From the NCBI GenBank assembly GCA_903877165.1, contig CAIRCU010000006.1, positions 2,580-66,579 on the forward strand: a stretch of DNA of 64,000 nucleotides, written 5' to 3'. The position numbers and the translations under genes were made by a program. Of the stretch, positions 54,402 through 63,998 are shown one piece after another. Every line of letters starts with the position of its first letter. The stretch's first letter is position 1. The notes under the pieces were generated by a model that saw only the letters and a list, made by a program, of their open reading frames with translations, did no database searches and was not told where the DNA came from. This DNA comes from Methanobacteriota archaeon (GTDB lineage Archaea; Thermoplasmatota; E2; DHVEG-1).

Positions 54402-55385
54402 CTACTTCTCCCGAAAAATCGCGTAATTGGCAAGCTCCAGTAGCAGTTGGCGAGCTGCTGAAGGCTGTATCTTCTCGAGGTTGGTTTTCGCCTCGTGGTT
54501 ATAATGAAGGGCAACCGACCGGGCGTACTCAATGGACTTCGATGTCTTGAAGACTTCAAGCACGGACTTGATTTCCTGATCCGAAGCCTTCGGATTCCCG
54601 AAGATCGCCTCAAGAACCGCCTGCTGCTCCGCGTTGCTATGTGAAAGACAGTGGACAGCAATCAAGGTTTTCTTCCCGTTTCGGATATCGTTGCCGATGT
54701 CTTTGCCCAGCACCTCGATGTTGCTGCTTATATCCAGATAGTCATCCCAGATCTGAAACGACAGGCCAAGGAACATCCCGAAGTTCGCGAGAGCATCCAC
54801 CTCATCTTGGGAGCCGCCGCCGATCCGGCCTCCGCCCTTCGCCGCGAGCTGGAACAGCACCCCGGTCTTCTTGCTGATCATATGCAGGTATTCCTTTTCG
54901 CTGACGATCTTACGATGCTCGAAGTCCATGTCGAGCTCCTGGCCTTCGCAGATATCGAGGACGCACTGTACCAAATCGACCTCGAGCTCCTTGAACATCT
55001 CAGGGTCGATTGTCAGCTCATGCATCGCTTGGAACGATTTCGCGAACAGCAAATCCCCGGCGAGAATCGCGGTTGATTCACCGAACTTTATATGAACCGT
55101 CTGAAGGCCACGTCGCACCAGGGATTTATCCATGATATCGTCGTGAACCAACGTAAAATTATGCATCAACTCAAGCGCGGCACCAAACGGCAGCGCCATC
55201 CGCTGCTCCCCGAACACGCTCTCGCAGGCCAGCATCGCGATCACGGGGCGCATCCGCTTCCCGCCGCCCAGCGGCAGATGCCGCACGGCCTCGTACAGCC
55301 TCTGCGGATCGCGCGCCGGCAGCAGATGATGCCAGTACGATTCGAAGATTGTCACCCGCTTGGTAATCTCACTCGTCAAGTCCAT
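54402..55385 (-). CDS. idsA: geranylgeranyl diphosphate synthase (short-chain polyprenyl synthase)
   Basis: FARM is LVHDDIMD, and the second Asp-rich motif is WDDYLD. Confidence 0.85.
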   Translation of the reverse strand: MDLTSEITKRVTIFESYWHHLLPARDPQRLYEAVRHLPLGGGKRMRPVIAMLACESVFGEQRMALPFGAALELMHNFTLVHDDIMDKSLVRRGLQTVHIKFGESTAILAGDLLFAKSFQAMHELTIDPEMFKELEVDLVQCVLDICEGQELDMDFEHRKIVSEKEYLHMISKKTGVLFQLAAKGGGRIGGGSQDEVDALANFGMFLGLSFQIWDDYLDISSNIEVLGKDIGNDIRNGKKTLIAVHCLSHSNAEQQAVLEAIFGNPKASDQEIKSVLEVFKTSKSIEYARSVALHYNHEAKTNLEKIQPSAARQLLLELANYAIFREK

Positions 55386-56415
55386 ACGTCACTTCCGTCG
55401 TTGACAATTTTTCAACAGAGTCGGCTCCTACTAAGAACATCACGGTCCGCAGCTCGCGGAGAATCGTTTCACATTCCAGAATCGTGGCTTTCGCATCCTT
55501 CAACGCCGGCTTCAACATCGTATGTGCTACCCCGGCTGCGCTCGCTCCGAGGATTAACGACTTGGCGGCATCCAGGCCTGTGCGCACCCCGCCGGTCGCG
55601 ATGATCGGCAGCTCCCAGTCCGTGGCTCTGCCGACCTCAAGGATGCAAGTCGGTGTCGGGACTCCCCAATCCCAGAACGTGATGCCTTCTCGGCTATGAA
55701 TCGCGTCCCCTTTAGCCTTCGCACGGTAGTACTCCACGGCGGCGAACGATGTTCCTCCTGCACCTCCGACGTCGATCGCGGCAATCTTCGTCTTCCTGAG
55801 GAGACTGGCGGCTTTGCCGCAGATCCCCGCACCGCTCTCCTTTACGATCACCGGGCGGCCGAATTCCCGTGAGAGCATGTCGATCATCTCGAGACATCCC
55901 TTCGCACGGGCCTCACCCTCGGGTTGAATGGCCTCTTGCAGGAAATTCAGGCAGACCGCGAGAACATCCGCATCAATCATCGAGACGATTTTTTCGGCAT
56001 TTGCGAGAATCTCTTTCTTCTCCCACAGCACCATCTGGGATGCCCCTATGTTGGCGATCTTCAAGGGAATGTCATACTCCGTGATGATGCTGTAGGTGTC
56101 TGCGAGTTTCTCGTTCTCCAAGGCGGCCCGCTGCGAACCGACGCCGAGCGCAACCTGATGCTCTGCGGCGGCCGCCGCCAGATGTTCGTTGATTTTTTTT
56201 CCTTCGGGATACCCGCCGGTCATCCCTGAGAGGACGAGGGGGGCACCTAGGTGTTTCCCAAGCAGCGTTGTCGAAAGATCGATATCCTGTTCGTTGATTT
56301 CTGGGAGGGCGTTGTGCATCAGCTTCACGTCATCCCAGTAGTTATGATGCATCGCGATATTTTCCCGTACCGCGATTTGGATGTGGTCCCGTTTTCGCTC
56401 CTCGGTCTGGTTCAT
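55369..56415 (-). CDS. fni: isopentenyl-diphosphate delta-isomerase, type 2 (FMN-dependent)
   Basis: It has a TIM-barrel IDI-2 pattern: an N-terminal RKRDHI segment, the glycine-rich FMN site GGTSFAAVE, and a length of 348 aa. Confidence 0.85.
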   Translation of the reverse strand: MNQTEERKRDHIQIAVRENIAMHHNYWDDVKLMHNALPEINEQDIDLSTTLLGKHLGAPLVLSGMTGGYPEGKKINEHLAAAAAEHQVALGVGSQRAALENEKLADTYSIITEYDIPLKIANIGASQMVLWEKKEILANAEKIVSMIDADVLAVCLNFLQEAIQPEGEARAKGCLEMIDMLSREFGRPVIVKESGAGICGKAASLLRKTKIAAIDVGGAGGTSFAAVEYYRAKAKGDAIHSREGITFWDWGVPTPTCILEVGRATDWELPIIATGGVRTGLDAAKSLILGASAAGVAHTMLKPALKDAKATILECETILRELRTVMFLVGADSVEKLSTTEVTYGLDE

Positions 56416-57194
56416 GGTCGTGCTCCTTGAATCTGAGTAAATCGTGATGGGTTTCCCATAAGAATATCATAGACCCGGTCTTTTACATTCCCATTCACGA
56501 GGATGACGTCAATACCGAGTTGCGCAATACGGGTGATCGTCTCGAGTTTTCCTTGCATACCTTTGGTGACGTCCGTACGCGTGTCTAATCCGGTTGAAAG
56601 ACGGGGAATATCCTTGACAGCAATCGTCTCAATAAACGTGGCCTTCGGGTCGGTTTTCGGGTTTGCTGTATACAGCCCGTCTTCGTCCATGACGAACACG
56701 ACTTTTTCTGGGTGAAACTGGGTCGCTAACGCCTGCATGAGGAGATCCCCGGAGCAGATCGAGCCGCCCAGCTGGGAATCCAAGGCGACGTCCCCGAAGG
56801 TGACCGGGATGAACCCGCGCTTCAGATAATCTGAGAACACGGTGAAATCCATGGTTTTCAACTGATGATTGTCCAATTCTAGGATAGCATGGGGCGGCAG
56901 CGACATCACCGGCAAGCCTTGGTGGATGAGGGCATCCATGACGAGGCTGTTGAGCCGTAGGACGCTTGCGTGGGTCTGGGCGAACCCCAGGATTTGCGTT
57001 GGTTCGGTGAGTCCTTCGCTGAGTCTGTGCTGCTTCGCGAGGATGTGCCCAAAGGATCCTGCCCCATGGACGAGGATGTAGTCTTTGTTGGCTTTCTTGA
57101 TTTCCCTGGCTAGGCGGTCGACGGTTTCGTGGCGAAACGTTCCTTCTTTGGCTTTATCAGTAATAATACTTCCGCCCAGCTTCACAAGAAACAT
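56412..57194 (-). CDS. isopentenyl phosphate kinase (archaeal mevalonate pathway)
   Basis: It belongs to the amino-acid-kinase family (VKLGGSIITDK...HGAGSFGH) and is about 260 aa. It is in an operon with fni and idsA. Confidence 0.8.
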   Translation of the reverse strand: MFLVKLGGSIITDKAKEGTFRHETVDRLAREIKKANKDYILVHGAGSFGHILAKQHRLSEGLTEPTQILGFAQTHASVLRLNSLVMDALIHQGLPVMSLPPHAILELDNHQLKTMDFTVFSDYLKRGFIPVTFGDVALDSQLGGSICSGDLLMQALATQFHPEKVVFVMDEDGLYTANPKTDPKATFIETIAVKDIPRLSTGLDTRTDVTKGMQGKLETITRIAQLGIDVILVNGNVKDRVYDILMGNPSRFTQIQGARP

Positions 57195-57263
57195 ATGCAG
57201 AGTGCATGGGGAATGCTATAAAAAAGGGTTTTGCTGTCTTTTCTCCACCGATTCAAGCGAATT

Positions 57264-57512
57264 CTATTCGTTTTGATGCGTTGAATAGAGATCTTTCCCT
57301 TTGTTCTGCTCATGGATCAGCCACAGAGAGATCGGCATGCCGCTCTGCGGGTTTCGCATGATTGTGTGGGACCAGGCGTTGAGTTCGTCTTCACTTTTAT
57401 GCTTGTTGCAGTCCTCGCAGATGAAGAACTTGTCGTTGAAGACGAGCCCATGTTGGTTCTCTTGGAGAAAAAACTTTGTTTTACAGATTTCACAGATTTT
57501 TTCTGCGATGAT
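57264..57512 (-). CDS. putative small zinc-ribbon protein (~82 aa) lacking a canonical start codon
   Basis: The minus-strand frame is open from TAA (57513-57515) to TAG (57264-57266). It encodes IIAEKICEICKTKFFLQENQHGLVFNDKFFICEDCNKHKSEDELNAW..., with CxxC...CxxC pairs. No in-frame ATG/GTG/TTG precedes the first Cys pair, so the start would be ATC or a frameshift is present. Confidence 0.25.
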   Translation of the reverse strand: MIAEKICEICKTKFFLQENQHGLVFNDKFFICEDCNKHKSEDELNAWSHTIMRNPQSGMPISLWLIHEQNKGKDLYSTHQNE

Positions 57513-57884
57513 TTATTCCTCCATAGTCGGCATCCACAATTACCAGGGAATCCCATTCACTGGTCTTAAACCTTTTTCTTCCGAGGTCATACGCGTCAGA
57601 GAAAAAAGAGGCGGGAAAGGAGGGATGGGATGCAATTGAGGAGAGGGCTTTGGGGTGTGCTGGATTATACCTCCTTTACCGTTCCAGCTACAAACAAAGA
57701 AATCGCTGTGTTCCTTATTAAGCTACGAACGAGGTCGCTGAAACTATTCACAACCGCGCCCCCTGGATCCTCATTCTTTCCACCGTCGCAGACGTCCAAG
57801 GGAAGGACTTCTCAAGAGTGAAACTATTCGCAGAGAATCGAGAAAAAAACGGAAGAAAAAAAGAGAAGAAAAGAGACGAGGAGT

Positions 57885-58985
57885 CTATGGGTTCTGCTCT
57901 TTGAACCTCGTCAGGAAACTGCATAGCGCCTTCGTCGACTCCAGGCTGACCGCATTATACAGGGAGGCGCGCATGCCGCCGACATCCCGGTGCCCCTTCA
58001 GACCGATGAGGCCGTTCTTCTTCGCCTCGTCGACGCATTTCGCCTCAAGTTCCGGTGTGGCAAGATTGAAGGTGACATTCATCAGCGAGCGGGAATCCTT
58101 CTCCGCGACGCCACGGTAGTACCCGTTGGACTTATCGATGATATCGTAGACGAGTTTCGCCTTCTCCCGGTTCACCTTCTCCACAGCGGGGATGCCGCCA
58201 AGGCCCTTCAGGTGCTCCAGGACCAGCTCGCAGAGGTAGATCGCGAAACACGGCGGAGTATTGTACAACGAGTCCTTCTCCGCATGCGTCTTCCACTTCA
58301 ACATCGTCGGAGTGTTCTCAGGGACTCGGCCCAGGAGGTCCTCACGGACGATGACGATGGTGACGCCCGCAGGGCCGAGGTTCTTCTGCGCCCCCGCGTA
58401 GATCACGCCGAACTTCTTCACATCCACGACCTTGTCCATGAAATCAGAGGACATGTCGCAGGCGAGCGGCACGCTGCTTGGGATGGTCGGCCAGTACTGC
58501 CATTCGATCCCGCCGATGGTCTCATTGCCGGTGATATGGCCGAACGCGGCCTTATCGCTGAACACCACGTTCTTCGGGATATAGGTGAATTTGCGGTCCT
58601 CCGAGGACGCGATGACCTTCACCTCGCCATACAGCTTCGCTTCCTTAATGGCCTTCTTGGACCAGGCGCCCGTGAAGACGTACTCCATGGGTTTGCCAGA
58701 CTGCTGGAGGTTCAGGGGAACATCGAAGAACTGGGTGGAGGCGCCGCCCTGCAGCCACAGGACCTTATAGTCCGTGGGGATGCCCATCAGCTCGCGTAAG
58801 AGGTCGGTGGCGTGCTTCTGGGTCGCGTCGTACTCCTTGGATCGATGCGAGATTTCCAGGACGGACATGCCCGTCCCTTTGTAATCGAGTAGCTCCTTCT
58901 GCGCCTTTTCCAACACCGGGAGCGGTAAGGCTGCCGGACCCGCGTTGAAGTTATGGACACGCTTCGTCATTAGAACTTCCTCCAT
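57885..58985 (-). CDS. serC: phosphoserine aminotransferase
   Basis: HNFNAGPAALP near the N-terminus and the class-V aminotransferase fold identify it. The PLP-lysine region is present. The start may be the internal MTKRV (58970). Confidence 0.85.
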   Translation of the reverse strand: MEEVLMTKRVHNFNAGPAALPLPVLEKAQKELLDYKGTGMSVLEISHRSKEYDATQKHATDLLRELMGIPTDYKVLWLQGGASTQFFDVPLNLQQSGKPMEYVFTGAWSKKAIKEAKLYGEVKVIASSEDRKFTYIPKNVVFSDKAAFGHITGNETIGGIEWQYWPTIPSSVPLACDMSSDFMDKVVDVKKFGVIYAGAQKNLGPAGVTIVIVREDLLGRVPENTPTMLKWKTHAEKDSLYNTPPCFAIYLCELVLEHLKGLGGIPAVEKVNREKAKLVYDIIDKSNGYYRGVAEKDSRSLMNVTFNLATPELEAKCVDEAKKNGLIGLKGHRDVGGMRASLYNAVSLESTKALCSFLTRFKEQNP

Positions 58986-59079
58986 TGATACCGACCCCCC
59001 TGTATGCCTCGAAGAGATTTAAAGGATTCGGAGCTAACCCTGGAGGAGACCAGGAGAAAAACCTCGAAAAACAGGCATC

Positions 59080-59874
59080 TTATGCTTGGGTGTTGCTCTC
59101 TAGGACCTTGCGGGCGAACGTCAGATACCCGGTGTGACCCAGCATGTCGAAGCTTGGGCGCGTCCCCCGTTCTCCCACGACCATCTCCCGCTGGATGTTC
59201 TCCAGCGTCGTACATTCGATGAACGGATGCAGCCTGATCTCCTTCACGGTCTGCTCGACCTGCGAGATGAGCGGCGAATAGCTGCAGAGATACCCGCCGA
59301 CCTTAAGAGCCGTCCAGGCATGCGCTACAGCCTCCCAGGGGTCCGGGATGTCCAGAACGACGGCGTCGAGCTCCCGTTCATCGATCCCCGTGGTGATGTC
59401 TTTGAGCCTCAGGGTGACGTACTTGGCAAGATCTGCCAGCTCCAGGTTCATCTTCGCGTGGTCTAAAAAATCCTGGCGGAGATCATACGAAATGACTTTT
59501 CCTGTCGGAGCGACCGCGGTGGCCAACGCCATGGTCAGCGACCCGGAGCCGATGCCGGCTTCGCAGACGGTCTGTCCCGCCTCAATGCCGCATTGCAGGA
59601 TGATGTGCGCAGCGTCACGCGGCAGGATGACCTGCGCCTTGCGTTTCAGCCCATGCATCTTATCCATGACGGACGGAACAAGAATCCAGAACAGCTTGGA
59701 GCCGATGCGGAGCTGGCTGCCGTAGGCGACGCCGACCAGCGACGCCGGGTTGAGGACGCCCACACCCGGGATCCTGTCCGTCTTGGCTGTCGTGTCTATG
59801 AGGATCTTGCGGAAGCTCTCATCGATGAGGACGACGCGGTCTCCAGGTTGCACACTGCCCGTCATGCCTTCCAC
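59080..59874 (-). CDS. trmI: tRNA (adenine57/58-N1)-methyltransferase TrmI (GCD14 family)
   Basis: VCEAGIGSGSLTMALA is the SAM-binding motif I, and VVLDIPDPWEAV is motif IV. The N-terminal beta-barrel domain is present. Confidence 0.8.
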   Translation of the reverse strand: MEGMTGSVQPGDRVVLIDESFRKILIDTTAKTDRIPGVGVLNPASLVGVAYGSQLRIGSKLFWILVPSVMDKMHGLKRKAQVILPRDAAHIILQCGIEAGQTVCEAGIGSGSLTMALATAVAPTGKVISYDLRQDFLDHAKMNLELADLAKYVTLRLKDITTGIDERELDAVVLDIPDPWEAVAHAWTALKVGGYLCSYSPLISQVEQTVKEIRLHPFIECTTLENIQREMVVGERGTRPSFDMLGHTGYLTFARKVLESNTQA

Positions 59875-60902
59875 CTCGACCAGTCGACGACGGACCCATA
59901 GGTCAGGTTCTCATAGGCGCACTGATCGCGCCATTGCTCACGGCAGGAGCAGGAAAGGGGAGTAAAGACGGATGGGTCCTGATGCAGCGAAAAATCGCTG
60001 ATCGCAGTGAGGACGTCATGGTCGCAGGAACCGCAGTTGTGCGGCCCGCGCTGGCTTCCACCGGCGACGACATCGCATTTGAGATGCCCGGAGAACAGCT
60101 GATGGCCGTGGTGAAGCGCATCCACCAGTGTCCAGAGCCATGGCGGGCGGTACTCGTCACGGTGCCAAAGGTGTTCCACGAGCGTGTGCCGCTGCACGTT
60201 CACAGGATTCAGGGAGATGATATCGGTCATGGGCGCAACGGCTCGGATGGTCTCCAGGGTATCCTCCAGCGCCTCATGCTCGGTGAGAAACGGCGGTTTC
60301 ACCAGCACGTAGGTCTTCACCGAGACCCGATGTTTTTTCAGGAGGGATGCCGCCGTCTTGTACTGGGCGAAGGAGAATCCCTTGTTGATCGCCTTATCTC
60401 GGACGACGTCGTTTGCGGTCTCCAGGCCGATGCCGATCTCGAATTGACGGGCGCCGAGGATCTCTTGGATGTGCATCAGGGTTTTTTCGGTGACGTACTC
60501 AGGACGTGATTCCACGGAGATCTTCGTCGCGTTCGTGAAGGCTGACAGCAGCGCCTTCCTCGCGGGTAGAGGGATTTCGTCTTCATCGAGGAAGCTTCCG
60601 GAGTTGAATATCTTCACGAGGGGTTCGCCGTGGTAGTCCCGCAGCGCAGTCTGGAGCTGCTGTTCGAGGTCTGCTGCTGAAACCGCGGTCCCGGCGCTGT
60701 CGTTGCCATAGCCGCACATGGTGCATCCCGAGCGTTGGGCCCAGGAGCAGCCTCTGGTGGCGAAAATAACGACGAAGGCGTCGACAACGGATCCGTCAAG
60801 GCGGTCCTTCTCTGTCCAACAGCGGACCGGCCGTGTCGTCGACACCCGCGTGTGGGATGCCTTCGAAGAAAAGGTTCTGCACAGCTCCTGAAGTTCGCTC
60901 AT
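59862..60902 (-). CDS. archaeal radical-SAM-like protein with non-canonical Cx7Cx2C motif (TIGR01210/RaSEA-like, tentative)
   Basis: FATRGCSWAQRSGCTMCGY is present. The size is about 346 aa. Its start overlaps the upstream PGF-CTERM gene by 4 nt and its end overlaps trmI by 13 nt. Confidence 0.4.
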   Translation of the reverse strand: MSELQELCRTFSSKASHTRVSTTRPVRCWTEKDRLDGSVVDAFVVIFATRGCSWAQRSGCTMCGYGNDSAGTAVSAADLEQQLQTALRDYHGEPLVKIFNSGSFLDEDEIPLPARKALLSAFTNATKISVESRPEYVTEKTLMHIQEILGARQFEIGIGLETANDVVRDKAINKGFSFAQYKTAASLLKKHRVSVKTYVLVKPPFLTEHEALEDTLETIRAVAPMTDIISLNPVNVQRHTLVEHLWHRDEYRPPWLWTLVDALHHGHQLFSGHLKCDVVAGGSQRGPHNCGSCDHDVLTAISDFSLHQDPSVFTPLSCSCREQWRDQCAYENLTYGSVVDWSRWKA

Positions 60903-62059
60903 TGCCCCTGTTTCTTCTTGCGGATCACGAGGACGACGACAGCAAGCGCGCCCAACGCGATGAGGATCTCAAATCCTGGGGTGGCACTCTGAATAACTGA
61001 TGCGGGCAGCGGGTAGTTCGGCGTTGGGTCAGTGGCAGTCCCGATGTTTTTATCGGCCCCTGTGGAAAACGGGAATGGCTGTGACGCCGTCACATTGTTG
61101 GAGTACCTCGTGGGGTTGTTGAGGAAGTAGTGGCTGACTTCGGCGTAGAGTTGCAGAGAAGTGGTGCTGTTTTGTACCCAGCCGCTCACCTCAGGGGTGG
61201 TCTCGTACCGTTCCGTGTCCGAGGCGGTGCGGCGGGTCGCGTTGATTTCCCTGCCGTCGTCCAGACGGTAGTAGACGCGGAAGTTCTCAGAGCTGATGCG
61301 GCGATCCGCTTTGATAGTAATCGTGTCGCCGCTGGTGAGATCGGTGGACCGCGAGCTGATCACGCTGAGCGCATCCGCGCTGTACGTGAAATTGCCAGTG
61401 ACCGTCGTGCGATGCCCGCTAGGGTCCGTCGCTGAGATCGTGAAGTTGTACTGCCCTAGCAGGGATGTGTTCTGGTCGTAGGTGAACTGGATCATGCCGT
61501 TCTGGAGGGTGACCGGCGGTGAGTTACTGATGCCTTGCGGGTCGGTGTACGTGAAGCTCACACTGCTGATTTGAACATTGTCAGCGACCGAAGCCACGAT
61601 CATCACGGTTCCGCCAGGGGATTGGAATCCAGGGAGGACGGCGACCTGGATCTGGGGTGACTCGCCGTCGTAGAACGGCGGGTTCACCAGCACGATGAGG
61701 ATGAGCAGCCAGGTGAAGAAATAGGTGCCGTAGGCGGTCAACCAGCCGCGGCGGCCGAAGCCGTCGAGGTCGATATGAAGTCTGCTGAAAAGGTAGCGCA
61801 GCCAGGGCATGTTGAAGACGCCGAGGAGCAGGATGAGCTCCCAGCGCAGGAAGCTGCCGGTAAGCAAGACCCAGAAGCCGACAGAGATGATTGCGATGAC
61901 GACGCCGAGGATGAAGGAGATGAAGATCGTCTTGATGTTCCGTCGTTCGCGCTGGATGTATTTCTCTTCGTCGAACGCTGGCATCTTGAAGTCTGTTTCT
62001 TGTTGTTCCGTCGGTTCTTCTTTGTACCGCTTCGCCATGAGACGCCCTGAAGCCATCAC
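60899..62059 (-). CDS. membrane/surface protein with N-terminal TM helices, Ig-like extracellular repeats and a C-terminal PGF-CTERM archaeosortase sorting signal
   Basis: The C-terminus ...SATPGFEILIALGALAVVVLVIRKKKQGQ has a PGF tripeptide, a hydrophobic helix and a basic tail. Three predicted N-terminal TM helices are present. Confidence 0.7.
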   Translation of the reverse strand: MMASGRLMAKRYKEEPTEQQETDFKMPAFDEEKYIQRERRNIKTIFISFILGVVIAIISVGFWVLLTGSFLRWELILLLGVFNMPWLRYLFSRLHIDLDGFGRRGWLTAYGTYFFTWLLILIVLVNPPFYDGESPQIQVAVLPGFQSPGGTVMIVASVADNVQISSVSFTYTDPQGISNSPPVTLQNGMIQFTYDQNTSLLGQYNFTISATDPSGHRTTVTGNFTYSADALSVISSRSTDLTSGDTITIKADRRISSENFRVYYRLDDGREINATRRTASDTERYETTPEVSGWVQNSTTSLQLYAEVSHYFLNNPTRYSNNVTASQPFPFSTGADKNIGTATDPTPNYPLPASVIQSATPGFEILIALGALAVVVLVIRKKKQGQ

Positions 62060-62107
62060 TGTTTAAAAATGTTCTTTCCCACGTCCCTTCCTGCCCAGGC
62101 AGGTTAT

Positions 62108-63610
62108 TTAGAGGAATTCGATGCCCGTAGGCAGTTTGGAGAGGTAGCGGGTGAAGCCCTTGGGCCAATGGTCCGGGTCGAGGCCTTTCTGCGCGAGGAA
62201 CGCGGCGGTCCAGCGTTCCAGCCCGATGCCGCTGCAGCCGCTCCACAGCTCACTTTTCTGCGCCTTGATGTTGAACGCCGTGATGTACTTGTCACCTAGG
62301 ATACTAAGGTTCTGGAACTCCAGCCACTCCGAGTCTTTGCGGGTGCCGCGGTACGGCATATACGCCTCGAAGTCCATGGTGCCGGTCTCCTGGGTGCCGG
62401 ATTCGCCGATCTTACCGGCCTGCTGCATGTACCAGGGGGTGACCCAGGCCTTGCGCCATTCCAGCTCGAAGATGTCGTCGAACACGTGGGTGTACCGCTC
62501 CAGGAGTTTCTCGCGTAGGTCGAGGAGCTGGTCTCGCGTCCCGATGTACACAGGTTCGATGCGATGGAACTCATCGACCCGTTCGATGCCGTGCCTGCCG
62601 CCGGATTCATAGCGGGCAGAGATAGCGGTCTTGTCGTACACGAGGACGGGCAGGGAACTCTCTGAGATGGTCTTTCCCTTGAACGACCAGTAGATCATCG
62701 GGCATTGTGCGTACGCGATGCCTGCGGCTGGTGGGCTGAGGTTCTTCTGCAGCTCGGCGACGTCGACTTCCTTGGTTATCTTCGTGAGGTCGATGAACCG
62801 CTCCCAGTCCTTTGCATCCCTGGTTTTTGGTTCGACGACATAGTAGAACTCGTACGGCATCCCTTCCATATGCCCGGTCTTCAGCCAGATGTCGAACGGC
62901 TTGATGTGCGACTCGATGACCTCTTGGAACCCGAGCGGTTGAAGCACCTCATGGATCGCGATGTATTCCATGGTCTTGAGGATCGCGGCAGCCTGCGGGC
63001 GGTAGAACCATTTCCCCTTGGTGGGGCCTTGTTTGAGCCAACCGAGTTTCTCCATCTCCTCGGTCGGGTCCTTGGTCCAGACCAGGTGTTTCTCCGGTGA
63101 GGCCCAGATGAGCTTCCAGAACTCGGCTTTCCCCTCGTAGTACTGGTTTTCGACCTTCTCTTTGACGAGGGTGATCATCCGGTCGATGTAGTTGCGCTGC
63201 AGGAACTCTTCTGTTGCGTCGGTGATGGTGAGCACCGCTGTCTTCCCGTCGATGGCGACGGAGGCGAAAGGGATAGTAACCGGTTTTTGGGGTGGGCGGT
63301 CCAGCTCGAACGTGATAGTGTATTTTGGGACGGCGATGGACCGGATGCCGAGGTGATGGGATTTGCCGAACTGCGCGCCCAGTGCGTTCTTCACCTGCAG
63401 GAGCGCGTTGTGCGGCCGCAAGCTGGTCTCTGAGGTGATTGTGAGCGTCAGGGTTTTTTCATGGGTCGTCCATTTTGTGATGGCCGCGGTCCGCGAGGGT
63501 TCTTTGGCGAGGAGGGTTGTGTTGAGCGACTCGAGGAACGCTCCCAGCTCCTTGGAAAGCCCGGTGAGGTCTGCACTGAGCGTCAGGACGGCATGCAATT
63601 CGAATCTCAT
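62108..63610 (-). CDS. serS: seryl-tRNA synthetase, atypical methanogen-type
   Basis: It is collinear with Methanosarcina barkeri methanogen-type SerRS, for example AEFWKLIWASP..GWLKQGP...YEFYYV, the zinc-site region AYAQCPMIYW, and motif 3 ELWSGCSGIGLERWTAAFLAQKGLDP. Confidence 0.85.
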   Translation of the reverse strand: MRFELHAVLTLSADLTGLSKELGAFLESLNTTLLAKEPSRTAAITKWTTHEKTLTLTITSETSLRPHNALLQVKNALGAQFGKSHHLGIRSIAVPKYTITFELDRPPQKPVTIPFASVAIDGKTAVLTITDATEEFLQRNYIDRMITLVKEKVENQYYEGKAEFWKLIWASPEKHLVWTKDPTEEMEKLGWLKQGPTKGKWFYRPQAAAILKTMEYIAIHEVLQPLGFQEVIESHIKPFDIWLKTGHMEGMPYEFYYVVEPKTRDAKDWERFIDLTKITKEVDVAELQKNLSPPAAGIAYAQCPMIYWSFKGKTISESSLPVLVYDKTAISARYESGGRHGIERVDEFHRIEPVYIGTRDQLLDLREKLLERYTHVFDDIFELEWRKAWVTPWYMQQAGKIGESGTQETGTMDFEAYMPYRGTRKDSEWLEFQNLSILGDKYITAFNIKAQKSELWSGCSGIGLERWTAAFLAQKGLDPDHWPKGFTRYLSKLPTGIEFL

Positions 63611-63767
63611 AGGATAAAAAACGTATCCCTCCCCGCTACTTAATGGTTATTCATCAGCTATTCTTTCCATAAGAACGCTTCATGAGGATTGATGCACCAC
63701 TTATTCCGTCATTGAACAATAGCATAACTGGACTGTGTTGTCTACCTCTACGAAAAAAATCTGACTC

Positions 63768-63998
63768 CTATTCTTTTTTTTTCGTGACGATGCCTTCGGC
63801 GACCGTCACGCACGCGAGATAGTCATCCAAGGTGTGCAGCAGCGACGGCACGGACGAAGCGGTGATCGTCGCCTGTAGCGTCTTGCCTTCGACTTGTGAA
63901 TGGACAAACTCCTGGTCGTCCAGCTGAACTGATTTCAGGACGTGCTGCGCCTGTGATTTCGACTCAAATTGGATGGACACGGTGCATTCGATGGTCAT
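63768..63998 (-). CDS. pcc1: KEOPS complex subunit Pcc1-like
   Basis: 76 aa. The pattern I.F.S...A..V..S...D ... LQATI.A.....L...LDDYLACVTVAE resembles archaeal Pcc1. Confidence 0.45.
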   Translation of the reverse strand: MTIECTVSIQFESKSQAQHVLKSVQLDDQEFVHSQVEGKTLQATITASSVPSLLHTLDDYLACVTVAEGIVTKKKE

